From Thermodesulfobacteriota bacterium (GTDB lineage: Bacteria > Desulfobacterota > Desulfobacteria > Desulfobacterales > C00003060): a stretch of 64,000 bases of DNA. Below, one piece after another: positions 29,469 to 39,445 of this stretch; positions within the stretch are counted from its first letter, which is position 1, and the number at the start of each line of letters is the position of its first letter. Both the position numbers and the translations under genes were made by a program. The notes beneath the pieces are model-generated. The model was not told the origin of the DNA, ran no database searches, and was given only the letters and a program-made list of their open reading frames with translations. Where the stretch lies: the NCBI GenBank assembly GCA_034189385.1, contig JAXHVD010000019.1:1-64000 (forward strand). The letters are read 5' to 3'.

Positions 29469-31697
29469 GTGGTTCGTCTACCCATAGAGCTCAATTTCTG
29501 GATTATACCTCCCCTTGTAAGTTTTCTGACACTCGTCTTTCTAGCCGGCCTGGCCCTGGGCAAGGGAAAGGGCCGGAAGGTGAATCTTCTTCTTGCCGGC
29601 ATTTGTCTTCTGGGGGCCTTTTTGAGCTTGGAGAAGGCCCTGGCGGCAGTCATGACTGATCCTGCTTTAGCTTTGCGTATCAGTCGCCTAGACCACCTGT
29701 TCGTAGTCTTCTTCATCCCTTTGTACCTCCACTTCACCTGTACGTTTCTGGGAATAACCAAGCGAAAATGGTTAATCGGTTTGGCCTATGCTTTGAGTGC
29801 GTGCTTGAGTCTTCTTTCACAAGGAGACGACTACCTCATTGAGGTACGGCGCTACTTTTTCGGGTACCACGCCAAGGGTGGGCCTTTGATATATGTCTTT
29901 GGAGTGGCAAGTACAGCAAACACCCTCTATTGTCTCTATGTCCTTTTCTGCGCCCTTAGGCGGGAGAAAGACCCGGATCGAAGGAACAAGACCAAATACA
30001 TCATCCTGGGACTCGGTGGCGCTGCCCTCATGGCCCACTTCAACTTCTTGCCTCTGGCGGGCATTGTTTTCTATCCCCTAGGAAACATCGCCTTTGTCCC
30101 CCTCCTTCTGCTGGGCTTTGCCGTGTTGAAACACGACTTACTCGACATCGGTTTCGTGGTTCAAAAAGGGCTTCTTTATTCTCTTCTCACAGGTTTGGTC
30201 ACGGGGTCTTACGCACTTATGATCATTCTGTTCAATCAGGTCTTTCAGGGCCTAGGCCAGAGATGGTCCATTTTGTTTTCCGTCCTTTTTTTCATTGTGA
30301 TCGTGTTTGTTTTTGAACCGCTCAAGAAGCATGTACAAGTGGTCATTGACAGATTGGTCTTCAAGGGCAAATACGATTATCAGAAGACGCTCATGGCATT
30401 GAGCGATACCCTGGCCTCCATGCTAAACCTCGATGAGATCATGGAGAAGACCCTCACGACCCTTACAGAGGCCATGTATGTTGACTGGGGCTGCGTGATG
30501 CTCATGGATGACACCAAGGCCCGGTTTCAGATTCAAAGTCAGAAGGGGGCCTTGTCCAGCGTAAATGGCCAGTCCATTAGTGAGGCAAGCCCCTTGATTG
30601 TGGAATTGGGCCACAGAAAGAGGGAGGCTAGCCGCTACAGCCTTGAAGAATGGTCGGAGCGTTCCGAGGACCCCGCCGGACTAAGAGAAGATTTCAACTC
30701 CTTAGGTGGCACGGTGATCATCCCCATGATCTTCAAAGGGCGGATAAACGGGCTTCTGGTTTTGGGAAACAAGAAGTCAGGAGATCTTTTTACGGCACAG
30801 GACCTTGAACTCCTCCGTACCCTGGCCAATCAATGTGCTGTGGCCATCGAGAACGCCAAGGCATACGCACTCATAGAGGATCTCAATGCCAACCTTGAGA
30901 GCATGGTAGAGGAGCGGACCAGGGCGCTCACGAGGGCACTGGAAGAGAAGGAGAAGACACAAGATCTTCTCATTAGATCTGAGAGCTTGGCTGCTGTGGG
31001 GGCTCTTGTGGCAGGTGTTGCCCACGAACTCAACAACCCCCTGACGAGTGTTTCCAGCTTGGTGCAGTCGGCCGTTGAGACAATGGAAGAGATTCCCCCT
31101 GGGCAGGTCCTTGGATCCAAGGGCCCCTCGGAAGAAAGGAAAGAGTTGATCGATGATTTGCATTTCAGCCTGAAGGAACTGAACCGCGCCAAAGATATCG
31201 TGGCAAGCCTCCTCGGCATATCCCGCCAGACCCAGGAATACTCTGAGCCTGTTATGTTGAATGATGTCTGCCGTAATGCCCTCAGGGTTCTTCACAATCA
31301 GGTCAAACGCACGGGCATTGTGATGGTGGAGGACTATGGGACGGATTTGCCGCAGATAAGAGGAAACTTTGCAAACTTGGGCCAAGTATGTCTGAACATC
31401 CTGACCAATGCCATCCAGGTGCTGGGCAATGGGCCCGGGGAGATCGTTGTCAGGACGCGGTACAGGGAGGGGGAAGGCGTGGTGGTGTTTGAATGTGAGG
31501 ACAACGGTCCGGGAATCCCCCGTGAGGTCATGAAAGACATCTTTAAACCCTTTTTCACGACCAAGGAGGTAGGCAAAGGAACGGGCTTGGGCCTATATCT
31601 TTCCTATGAGATTGTCCGCCGACACCAAGGTGATATTGTGGCTGAAAACAGTCATCAGGGCGGTGCCACCTTCCGTGTGAAACTGCCCGTGGCCTAA
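29469..31697 (+). CDS. Membrane sensor kinase: multi-TM N-terminus, GAF, NtrB-type HisKA/HATPase
   Basis: About 9 hydrophobic helices, GAF end (LANQCAVAIENA), AGVAHELNNP, FFTTKEVGKGTGLGL. Confidence 0.93.
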   Translation: MVRLPIELNFWIIPPLVSFLTLVFLAGLALGKGKGRKVNLLLAGICLLGAFLSLEKALAAVMTDPALALRISRLDHLFVVFFIPLYLHFTCTFLGITKRKWLIGLAYALSACLSLLSQGDDYLIEVRRYFFGYHAKGGPLIYVFGVASTANTLYCLYVLFCALRREKDPDRRNKTKYIILGLGGAALMAHFNFLPLAGIVFYPLGNIAFVPLLLLGFAVLKHDLLDIGFVVQKGLLYSLLTGLVTGSYALMIILFNQVFQGLGQRWSILFSVLFFIVIVFVFEPLKKHVQVVIDRLVFKGKYDYQKTLMALSDTLASMLNLDEIMEKTLTTLTEAMYVDWGCVMLMDDTKARFQIQSQKGALSSVNGQSISEASPLIVELGHRKREASRYSLEEWSERSEDPAGLREDFNSLGGTVIIPMIFKGRINGLLVLGNKKSGDLFTAQDLELLRTLANQCAVAIENAKAYALIEDLNANLESMVEERTRALTRALEEKEKTQDLLIRSESLAAVGALVAGVAHELNNPLTSVSSLVQSAVETMEEIPPGQVLGSKGPSEERKELIDDLHFSLKELNRAKDIVASLLGISRQTQEYSEPVMLNDVCRNALRVLHNQVKRTGIVMVEDYGTDLPQIRGNFANLGQVCLNILTNAIQVLGNGPGEIVVRTRYREGEGVVVFECEDNGPGIPREVMKDIFKPFFTTKEVGKGTGLGLYLSYEIVRRHQGDIVAENSHQGGATFRVKLPVA

Positions 31698-31740
31698 GAT
31701 GCCCGGGGGCGCCTCCGCCTTATGCCTCCCTTGTTTTCTG

Positions 31741-32784
31741 TCATTTGCCCTTTGAAGGGTCTTCTCTGTTTTTTGCCCTCTCCGCTGCCTGGTGGGCGGC
31801 CATACCTATGGCAGCTATAAGGCTCCCCGGATCTGCCTTGCCTGTGCCTGCAATGTCATAGGCAGTACCATGGTCGACGGAGGTTCGCACAATGGGTAGC
31901 CCTAGTGTTGTATTCACCCCATCTTCGAAGTGGACCATCTTAAAGGGGATGAGGCCCTGGTCATGATACATAGAGATGACGGCATCCCATTTGCCCTTTA
32001 GGGCCCAGTAAAAAAGGGTGTCCGGTGGATAAGGGCCGGACACATCAACGCCTTCAAGGGCAGCCTTGTCTATAGCCGGGGAAATGAGGCGGACCTCTTC
32101 ATCTCCAAACAGGCCCCCTTCCCCTGCATGGGGGTTGAGTGCCGCCACAGAGAGCTTGGGCCTTGGGATGCCAAAGGAGCGTCTCAGGGCCTCATGGGTG
32201 ATGCAGATAGTCTGAAGCACTGCCTCGGTCGTAAGATCCTTGGAAACCTGGGCCAAGGGAAGATGAATGGTCACCAAGGCCACTCTGAGTCTGCTGCCTG
32301 CTAGCATCATCACATACTCTGAGGTCTTCGTCTGTTTAGCCAAGAGTTCCGTGTGCCCCTCAAAGCCAAATCCGGCCTTGCGCAGGGCCATTTTGTTAAT
32401 GGGACAGGTGACCAAGGCATGGGTGCGGGCCTCCATGGCCCAGTCAGCACCTTGGGTGATATAGCCTACCATGGCCCGAGCAGTCTCTTTGGTAGGATGG
32501 CCGAGCCTGAGCCGGCCATCATCCAGGCTGGAAAGGCCAACCACATCTATTTCCCCAAAGCGGTAGCGTCCCGCCTCTGGGCCCTCAACAGGTCTTACGG
32601 ATAGATCTGTTTGAAGCCGCTGGGTTGCCCCACGCAACACCTGGATGTCACCTAACACCAGGGGCCGGCAAAGGTCATACAAAGAGGTCTGTGAAAGGGC
32701 CTTTAAGACAATCTCAGGCCCGATGCCCACAGGGTCTCCCATCGTGATGCCAACAATTGGACGGTTCATCATGGTTTCTACCAA
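31741..32784 (-). CDS. pdxA: 4-hydroxythreonine-4-phosphate dehydrogenase
   Basis: ITMGDPVGIGPE, GHTE, LNPHAGE, MYHDQGLIP, RTSVDHGTAYDIAG. Confidence 0.97.
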   Translation of the reverse strand: MVETMMNRPIVGITMGDPVGIGPEIVLKALSQTSLYDLCRPLVLGDIQVLRGATQRLQTDLSVRPVEGPEAGRYRFGEIDVVGLSSLDDGRLRLGHPTKETARAMVGYITQGADWAMEARTHALVTCPINKMALRKAGFGFEGHTELLAKQTKTSEYVMMLAGSRLRVALVTIHLPLAQVSKDLTTEAVLQTICITHEALRRSFGIPRPKLSVAALNPHAGEGGLFGDEEVRLISPAIDKAALEGVDVSGPYPPDTLFYWALKGKWDAVISMYHDQGLIPFKMVHFEDGVNTTLGLPIVRTSVDHGTAYDIAGTGKADPGSLIAAIGMAAHQAAERAKNREDPSKGK

Positions 32785-32853
32785 GTCCTTCAGCGCTGCA
32801 TGAAAGTTTTTCTACAGGTTTTAGAAAAAGAAGTCAAATATCTCACCCCACGA

Positions 32854-32953
32854 TTGAACCCTCCCCGTGGCGACTCGACTGAGCTCGTCGAAGTCAAGCC
32901 ACGGGGGCTGCGGTAGCTCTCCTGTGGAGAATGCCCTCGCTTATTCGGTTCAA
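32854..32953. repeat. REP/MITE-like palindromic element with TTGAACC/GGTTCAA ends
   Basis: TTGAACC..CCCCGTGGC[GACTCGACTGAGCTCGTCGAAGTC]AAGCCACGGGG...GGTTCAA. Confidence 0.65.
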
Positions 32954-33587
32954 AGTCCAAAGTCCCTTTACAGGGCTCGAGGTACAGGCCCCACCGTCAC
33001 CACATATATCCCAGGTCTCCCTTCTACAAAGACTTTATCCTGGGAAAAACAGAGCATTATGGCTTTGCGGTATTTTTGTGGACAATTTATAGAAAATAGA
33101 AGAAAACCGAAGAAAATGAGAGATAGTGATAATTGCGAGATTTGACAATATCGGTTACAGAACACGCAAAACCTCAAAAATACACGCACATGAGAGGGCG
33201 GTCAGGAAGGGGTACATGACAGAGCTTTTTGAAAGGGTACTGCTCAAAGTGATACGAGATTAAATGGTTATGAGATGTTGAAAAATATTTCACGAACTGA
33301 TCAGGACTCGCCCCCTTCCGGTTTGACAATAGAGCAGTAATAACCTAAAAGCCACACATCCTTTCAGAATTCAAGGCTACTTTTTCCCAACATTCTCATC
33401 AAAATCCCGTATTTTGGTTTTTTTTTGAAGGCTTATACCTGGCACATGATTCTTTAGTCCCTGGAGCTTTTACTAACCTTTTAAAGGCCATGAGGCAACA
33501 GAGCCGGGCGTCAGCCCATGGTGCCTTGCCTTTCCATCTATGATGAATCTAACATGTTCAGTTCCTAGTGAGGCCTGTGATAGAACC

Positions 33588-34928
33588 ATGGAGACTGTCT
33601 GGGATGAAGCCAAAACCCGTATTCACGAGAGGATGCCCCACCATAGCTTTATGCTGTGGGTTGAACCACTGGAGTGTCTCTCGCAGCACGATAGGGGAAT
33701 CGTCTTAGGTTGCCCCACCAGCTTCTTTAAGAATTGGGTTACACGGCACTACCTGAGTCTGATGAAAGCGGAGTTGGAAGGGGTGTGGGGAGGACCTTGT
33801 GGCATTTCCCTCAAGCTCTGCGACAAGCAGGATGCAAATGGAGACAATAGGCCACAATACGACCAACTTGTTTTTCCTCATGTCACAGATCAAGGGTATC
33901 TGCCGGCTCATTTTCACAGGGACTTCACCTTTGATCAGTTCGTAGTGGGGATATGCAATAACTTCGCCTACAATGCTGCCCTCTCATTGGCCTGCACGGA
34001 CAGCATCAACCACAATCCTCTTTACCTGCTATCGAATATAGGCCTGGGCAAGAGTCATTTGTCCCACGCAGTGGCGAACCATGTACTGTCGAAGGATCCA
34101 ACCATTCGCGTCTGCTATGTCACGGCAGAAGAGTTCACCAATGGCATGATTCGCGCACTGCGCCATGACAGAATAGAAGAATTCAAGGAGCGGTATCGGA
34201 GACAGTGTGACGTCTTGCTGCTGGAAGATGTGCAGTTTCTCAGTGGCAAGGTCAAGACACAGGGCGAGTTGGCCTGTACGTTGGACGCACTCCTTGAAGC
34301 CGAAAAGAAACTTATTTTCACAGGTACCTATCGGCCTGGTGACATCCCTAAGATGGACGAAAAGCTTACGTCCCGCCTTTCCGCAGGCGTCATCTCAAAT
34401 ATCGAATCTCCGGACTACGACACCCGTGTGCGCATTCTAAAGAAAAAGGCTGCACTGAAGCAGATCAGCATATCCAACGACGTGGTCCATTATCTGGCAA
34501 GCGAACTGACACAAAATGTGAGGCAACTTGAAAGTGGGCTGATCGGGGTTTCGGCCAAAGCCTCGTTGTTGAATCTGCCCATAGAGGTTGATCTGGCCCG
34601 CAGTGTGGTGAAGAACATCGTTCGACGTTCACAGGAAATCACGGTAGAGCGTATACAAAGGCTCGTGTGCAAGCATTACAATCTGACCATGGAAGAATTC
34701 CTGTCCCGGTCACGGAAACGCAGCATTGCCCAACCTAGACAGATTGCCATGTATTTGGCCCGCCGCTACACAGGCCAATCCCTCCAGGCCATTGGCCGAA
34801 GCTTCAATCGGTATCACGCTACTGCACTATATGCCATAGGTACCGTAGAAAAACTCATCCGAGAGAAAGGGCCTGTCCAGAAGCAGGTGGAATTCCTTTC
34901 CCAAAAGTTGGAGTCCGGCGACATTTGA
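33588..34928 (+). CDS. dnaA: Chromosomal replication initiator DnaA, divergent paralogue
   Basis: All four domains: FTFDQFVVG..N.FA, NPLYL..GLGKSHL, NVRQLES, RQIAMYL; not followed by dnaN. Confidence 0.92.
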   Translation: METVWDEAKTRIHERMPHHSFMLWVEPLECLSQHDRGIVLGCPTSFFKNWVTRHYLSLMKAELEGVWGGPCGISLKLCDKQDANGDNRPQYDQLVFPHVTDQGYLPAHFHRDFTFDQFVVGICNNFAYNAALSLACTDSINHNPLYLLSNIGLGKSHLSHAVANHVLSKDPTIRVCYVTAEEFTNGMIRALRHDRIEEFKERYRRQCDVLLLEDVQFLSGKVKTQGELACTLDALLEAEKKLIFTGTYRPGDIPKMDEKLTSRLSAGVISNIESPDYDTRVRILKKKAALKQISISNDVVHYLASELTQNVRQLESGLIGVSAKASLLNLPIEVDLARSVVKNIVRRSQEITVERIQRLVCKHYNLTMEEFLSRSRKRSIAQPRQIAMYLARRYTGQSLQAIGRSFNRYHATALYAIGTVEKLIREKGPVQKQVEFLSQKLESGDI

Positions 34929-36313
34929 TCCCCGTCATCTCCAAAGTTGCAGCCATTGTGGGCCAACCATATGTAAGCACGGCAAACGAAGATTTGCTCT
35001 GCTACGCTTACGATGCCACGAACCGTCACCACCTGCCAGATGGAGTGGTCTTTCCGGGAAAGACGGAAGAGGTCTCGGCCATCATGAAGGTGGTAAACGA
35101 AGCTGGTGTCTATGTGGTACCCAGAGGTGCCGGCACCGGGATGAGCGGGGGCGCCCTTGCCGTTCAAGGCGGATTGGTCATGGTGATGACCCGGTTCAAT
35201 CGCGTTCTTTCCGTAGATGTAGACAATCTTCTGGCCGAGGTGGAACCTGGAGTCATCACGGCCCATTTTCAGGAAGTCGTGGAAAGAAAAGGGCTATTCT
35301 ACCCCCCTGATCCTGCCAGCGCCAAGTACAGCACACTCGGGGGAAACGTGGCTGAATGCGCTGGAGGTCCCCGGGCCGTAAAATATGGCGTAACCCGTGA
35401 TTACGTTCTCGGCCTTGAGGTCGTTCTTCCATCGGGAGAGATCATCACCACCGGGGTGCATACGGCCAAAGGTGTGGTAGGATACGATCTGACCAGGCTG
35501 ATAGCCGGCTCTGAAGGAACACTTGGGATCGTCACCAAGATCGTCCTTCGCTTGGTTCCGTTGCCCGAAGTGGTGCGCACCTTAGGGGCTGTCTTTGGAC
35601 GCATCCGGGATGCTGCAAGGACAGTCTCTGAAATTGTGCGCTCCGGTCTTATGCCTAGAACCTTGGAGTACATGGACCAAGCCGCTATCAGGTGCGTTGA
35701 AGACTACTTGAAGATTGGGCTCCCTGTGGACGCGGGGGCCATGCTCTTAGTGGAGGTGGACGGGAGTCCGCCAGCTACTGATACGGCCCTTCAGCATCTT
35801 GCAACCATTTGCGAGAAAGGCGGGGGCCGCGAGATCAGAGTGGCCCATTCTGAACAGGAGGCCAAAGCCCTTTGGCGGGCCCGTGAGGCCATATCTCCGG
35901 CCCTTTTCCGTCTCGGACCCCACAAGATCAACGAAGACATTGTCGTGCCTCGGAACCGGATCCCAGACATGGTGGAATGGATAGAGGATCTTAGGAAACG
36001 TACCGGCCTCACCATGGTGACCTTTGGCCATGCAGGCGACGGCAACATCCATTTCAACATTATGTTGGACAAGGGGGACAAGAAGGCGGTCAACAAGGCC
36101 GAGGCCGCGGTAGAAGAGCTTTTCAGGCATACTATTTCCCTGGGGGGAACCATCTCTGGAGAGCACGGGGTGGGGATCACAAAGGCCCCTTACCTGGAGA
36201 TGGAGCTTGGAGACCCGGAGATTGCCCTTATGAAGCGCATCAAGGCCGCCTTTGACCCCAAGGGCATCCTGAACCCAGGAAAGATATTTCCTCCTCCAGT
36301 GCCATTCCATTGA
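34925..36313 (+). CDS. glcD: FAD-linked oxidase, GlcD/D-lactate dehydrogenase family
   Basis: PRGAGTGMSGG, YPPDPAS, GPRAVKYGVT, GHAGDGNIH, SGEHGVG, FDPKGILNPGK; overlaps the dnaA stop. Confidence 0.92.
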   Translation: MIPVISKVAAIVGQPYVSTANEDLLCYAYDATNRHHLPDGVVFPGKTEEVSAIMKVVNEAGVYVVPRGAGTGMSGGALAVQGGLVMVMTRFNRVLSVDVDNLLAEVEPGVITAHFQEVVERKGLFYPPDPASAKYSTLGGNVAECAGGPRAVKYGVTRDYVLGLEVVLPSGEIITTGVHTAKGVVGYDLTRLIAGSEGTLGIVTKIVLRLVPLPEVVRTLGAVFGRIRDAARTVSEIVRSGLMPRTLEYMDQAAIRCVEDYLKIGLPVDAGAMLLVEVDGSPPATDTALQHLATICEKGGGREIRVAHSEQEAKALWRAREAISPALFRLGPHKINEDIVVPRNRIPDMVEWIEDLRKRTGLTMVTFGHAGDGNIHFNIMLDKGDKKAVNKAEAAVEELFRHTISLGGTISGEHGVGITKAPYLEMELGDPEIALMKRIKAAFDPKGILNPGKIFPPPVPFH

Positions 36314-36510
36314 CAGAGCTGAAGTCAGAATCCCTGCCATCAACCAGACAGGCGATCCCTGTTGCCGGTTCCTCAGGGTGTGGTGGCAGAAGCAATCGGA
36401 AAGGCCCCTATAGGTGAGTCTTCTGAGCCTGCCTACATCTGTTGACACAGACTGAATTATTTGACAGATTGAGCCACCAACTGAAGCCCTGTGAGAAGAA
36501 AGGTAGATTC

Positions 36511-37023
36511 ATGATGAACTGGATCAAGGTCGTCCTTTTGGGTCTGCCACTGTGCTTCTGCTCCTGCCTTACCACTAGTGATATCAAGAGTAGCCTCAAT
36601 ACCTTTGCCTTGCCCCGACCTACGAAGCCGGTCCGCTATTCAGGCGTAGCAAATATGAAACTGTATTCGAAGCCCAATTGCGAGAGCAGCTTTTTGGAGA
36701 AATTGCCGTTAAACGAAAAACTACTCCTTTTAAAGACCAGGCTCACATGGGCCTTTGTAGAAGTCACCAGGACAGGTGCCACCGGGTGGGTTGAGAAGGC
36801 GTACCTGGAGAAAAACCCTCTGGCCGTGAAGACAGGCCCAAAGGCGAACATAGACAGACCACAGCGTGAAGCTGCCTCCAAGGCCACTGAAAAGAGAAGT
36901 GAGGAAACGACCAGAAAAAATGTGCTCGACGTCCTTCAGCCCGACGGAGCCACTGCGGCCCCTGTGGAAGAGCCACCGCCGGCCAAGGCCCGAAAAGGGG
37001 CTGACGCATTTGATGCCTTCTAG
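36511..37023 (+). CDS. SH3-domain putative lipoprotein
   Basis: Signal peptide with Cys (LCFCSC); SH3b-like W..V...GATGWV; low-complexity tail. Confidence 0.7.
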   Translation: MMNWIKVVLLGLPLCFCSCLTTSDIKSSLNTFALPRPTKPVRYSGVANMKLYSKPNCESSFLEKLPLNEKLLLLKTRLTWAFVEVTRTGATGWVEKAYLEKNPLAVKTGPKANIDRPQREAASKATEKRSEETTRKNVLDVLQPDGATAAPVEEPPPAKARKGADAFDAF

Positions 37024-37082
37024 CGGGTGTTTCTGTCTGCCACGCCATTTTCGGTTCTTGTTGTGACCGCTATGACAAGCCA

Positions 37083-38888
37083 GTGACTGACAAAGAGAGC
37101 CAATCAAAATTTGAGAAACTCCAGGAAAAGGGCCGCGCCTTTGCCGCAAAGCGGGCTCAGGATGCCAGGGCTCTTGCCGCAAAGGGGACACAGGAGGCCA
37201 AGGAATTTTATGCCAGATCCAAGGAAGCGGTCATTGACGGCGTTTGTGAACTGTTGTCTATTTCAGACAAGAGAAAAAAGGCCATCGCCGATGACATCGC
37301 ACGAGGCTCGACCCCCCATACCAGTTATTACATCTTGATGTCTGTTTCGGCCCTGATTGCCAGCTTCGGCCTGGTAGCGAACAGCCCCGCTGTTGTTATT
37401 GGAGCCATGCTGGTATCCCCGCTCATGACCCCGATTTTTGGTGTTTCTCTCGGTCTGGTCCGAGGGGACATGTCTCTTTTAAAAAAGGCCCTGCAAGCCG
37501 AGGTCGGGGGTGTGGCTCTGGCCATTGGGGTGGCGACCTTCTTTGGCCTCTTGCCCCTGTCTTTGGAAGTCACTTCGGAGATGCTGGCTCGTACTAGTCC
37601 CACCTTGTTGGATCTCCTGGTGGCTGCCTTGGCCGGTTTGGCAGGTTGCCTTGCCATGATTGATGAAAGAATCAGCCCTGTTCTTCCCGGCATCGCCATT
37701 TCGATTTCCCTGCTACCACCCCTTTCCACCTGCGGCCTCTGCCTTGCCGTGGGGGCTTCCCAAGGGGCCTATGGCGCTTTTCTCCTGTTCTTTGCCAATT
37801 TTTTGGCTATTCTCATGGTGGCCTCGGGCATCTTCATTGTCTCAGGCTTCGTCACCAGGGAGCAAATAGGGCCGAAGTGGGTCTTTTTGAAGCGGTTTTC
37901 AGCCGCCTTTGTGGCCCTTTTGCTGGTGACCGTCCTTCTGACGCAAGCCCTTATCACTATTACGAAAGAGCGAAGGATATCAAGAAGAATAGAAGAGGTC
38001 TTTGAAGAAGAGCTAAGCTCCATCCCGGCCACTTCAGTAGAGCAGATCATCCACAGGACAGGGGAAGACAAAATAGATGTGCTGGCTACCCTTAGAACTC
38101 CGAAGGTCTTTTCTCCCGACAGGGTCAAAAGGATTGAAGACAAGCTGAATGAACGTATCGACCCAGACACCAATCTTATCGTCCGGTGCGGCATCGCCAG
38201 AGACGTTTCCTCTACCGGTTCCACCAGTGCTGTGGTCACCGAGGACCTGAACGGAGAGTTCATCACCGCCCGATTAGATCCTGTGGTAGAAACGGTTCAG
38301 ATGGCTGAGCAGGCGTTAAGAGAGATGTTGGCTGGGCATCCCGAGCTCTTCTTGGAGAACGTGGACCTTGTTGAGCTTGCAGCAGGGCAGGTCATCTTGG
38401 CCAGTATCCAGAGTAGCAGAGCCCTTATTGCCCATGAGGTTGAAGCATTTGAAGATAGAATTCAAGAAAGGTTGGACAACCATGATATTCGACTGCTGGT
38501 TCGCTGCAATGACCTAGTTGATGTAACCAGCAAAGGCCACGTCCTTTACGGAAAGGCCCATTTCGGCAAACTCTCGCCAAGTGAGTTGAATCTACAAAAG
38601 ATGATTGAGAAAAGGACAAAGGAGCAGATTGAAGGTGCGGCAAATATGTTTGCTACCAATGTCGACGCCATATTAAAGGATGGGCAATGGTCTGTAAGGG
38701 CAGAGGTGGTGGGGCCAAAAATGATGACGCCTGAACAGGTGAGACAGATCGAAAGGGACGTGTCAAGAATCGTTCGACATCAGGTAAACATCTATGTTTG
38801 GTGCCGTTCCGAGCTTATGGTTACGAAAGAAGCGTATTCATCAGTGAAAGATTTTACCAAGGAGATGATGGAAAAGAAGAAAAAATAG
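37083..38888 (+). CDS. DUF389/TIGR00341 membrane protein with an extended repeated C-terminal region
   Basis: NSPAVVIGAMLVSPLMTPI, EMLARTSP, LPGIAISISLLPPL. Confidence 0.9.
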   Translation: MTDKESQSKFEKLQEKGRAFAAKRAQDARALAAKGTQEAKEFYARSKEAVIDGVCELLSISDKRKKAIADDIARGSTPHTSYYILMSVSALIASFGLVANSPAVVIGAMLVSPLMTPIFGVSLGLVRGDMSLLKKALQAEVGGVALAIGVATFFGLLPLSLEVTSEMLARTSPTLLDLLVAALAGLAGCLAMIDERISPVLPGIAISISLLPPLSTCGLCLAVGASQGAYGAFLLFFANFLAILMVASGIFIVSGFVTREQIGPKWVFLKRFSAAFVALLLVTVLLTQALITITKERRISRRIEEVFEEELSSIPATSVEQIIHRTGEDKIDVLATLRTPKVFSPDRVKRIEDKLNERIDPDTNLIVRCGIARDVSSTGSTSAVVTEDLNGEFITARLDPVVETVQMAEQALREMLAGHPELFLENVDLVELAAGQVILASIQSSRALIAHEVEAFEDRIQERLDNHDIRLLVRCNDLVDVTSKGHVLYGKAHFGKLSPSELNLQKMIEKRTKEQIEGAANMFATNVDAILKDGQWSVRAEVVGPKMMTPEQVRQIERDVSRIVRHQVNIYVWCRSELMVTKEAYSSVKDFTKEMMEKKKK

Positions 38889-38955
38889 CATGGGGGCAGA
38901 CAATGTTTCTATCGGCCCCTGTTATCACATCTCTGATGATCGCTTTTGAGACAAT

Positions 38956-38984
38956 CCTGTGCCCGGACCTTGGCCGGGCACAGG
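38956..38984. terminator. Hairpin between convergent DUF389 and hsp20 genes
   Basis: CCTGTGCCCGG-N7-CCGGGCACAGG, perfect 11-bp stem. Confidence 0.7.
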
Positions 38985-39001
38985 TTCCATGTGGTTCGCA
39001 G

Positions 39002-39445
39002 TTAGCTTTTTACCTCGATTTTCTTAAGCTTAGCCTTTTTAGACTTGGGGAGCGTGAGCTTCAGCACGCCGTCCTTATAAGTGGCATCCACTTTGTCGGT
39101 TTCAACGTCAAAGGGAAGTCCGATGCTCCTTGAAAAGGCGCCATAGCTTCTTTCTGTTCGGTGGTAGTTTTCCGCCTTTTCTTCCTTTTCGTGCCTTTTC
39201 TCCCCCCTGATGGTGAGTAGACCGTCTGTGAGATGGATGTCCATATCTTCCTTGTCCATCCCGGGAATCTCACCTCTTACGATGAGCTCATTTTCGGTTT
39301 CAGATATGTCAAAGGCGGGAGTAAATCCCCCTTCTTCTGTGAAAAGGCCTGGCATTGCGAAATCCTCGAAAAAGCTGTTCAGGAAATGGCGGCTAGGGGG
39401 GCTATACCATCTTCTTCGTCTTAGTATTGGTGTTAAAGCCGTCAT
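39002..39445 (-). CDS. Hsp20/alpha-crystallin small heat-shock protein
   Basis: PAFDISET...EIPGMDKED...ERSYGAFSRSI...ATYKDGVLKLTLPK; GGAGG RBS before ATG 39445. Confidence 0.96.
   Translation of the reverse strand: MTALTPILRRRRWYSPPSRHFLNSFFEDFAMPGLFTEEGGFTPAFDISETENELIVRGEIPGMDKEDMDIHLTDGLLTIRGEKRHEKEEKAENYHRTERSYGAFSRSIGLPFDVETDKVDATYKDGVLKLTLPKSKKAKLKKIEVKS

Noticed and set aside
33278..33295. Rex-like operator TTGAAAAATATTTCACGA
   Set aside because: Three mismatches to the TTGTGAA-N4-TTCACAA palindrome in AT-rich DNA; not distinguishable from chance
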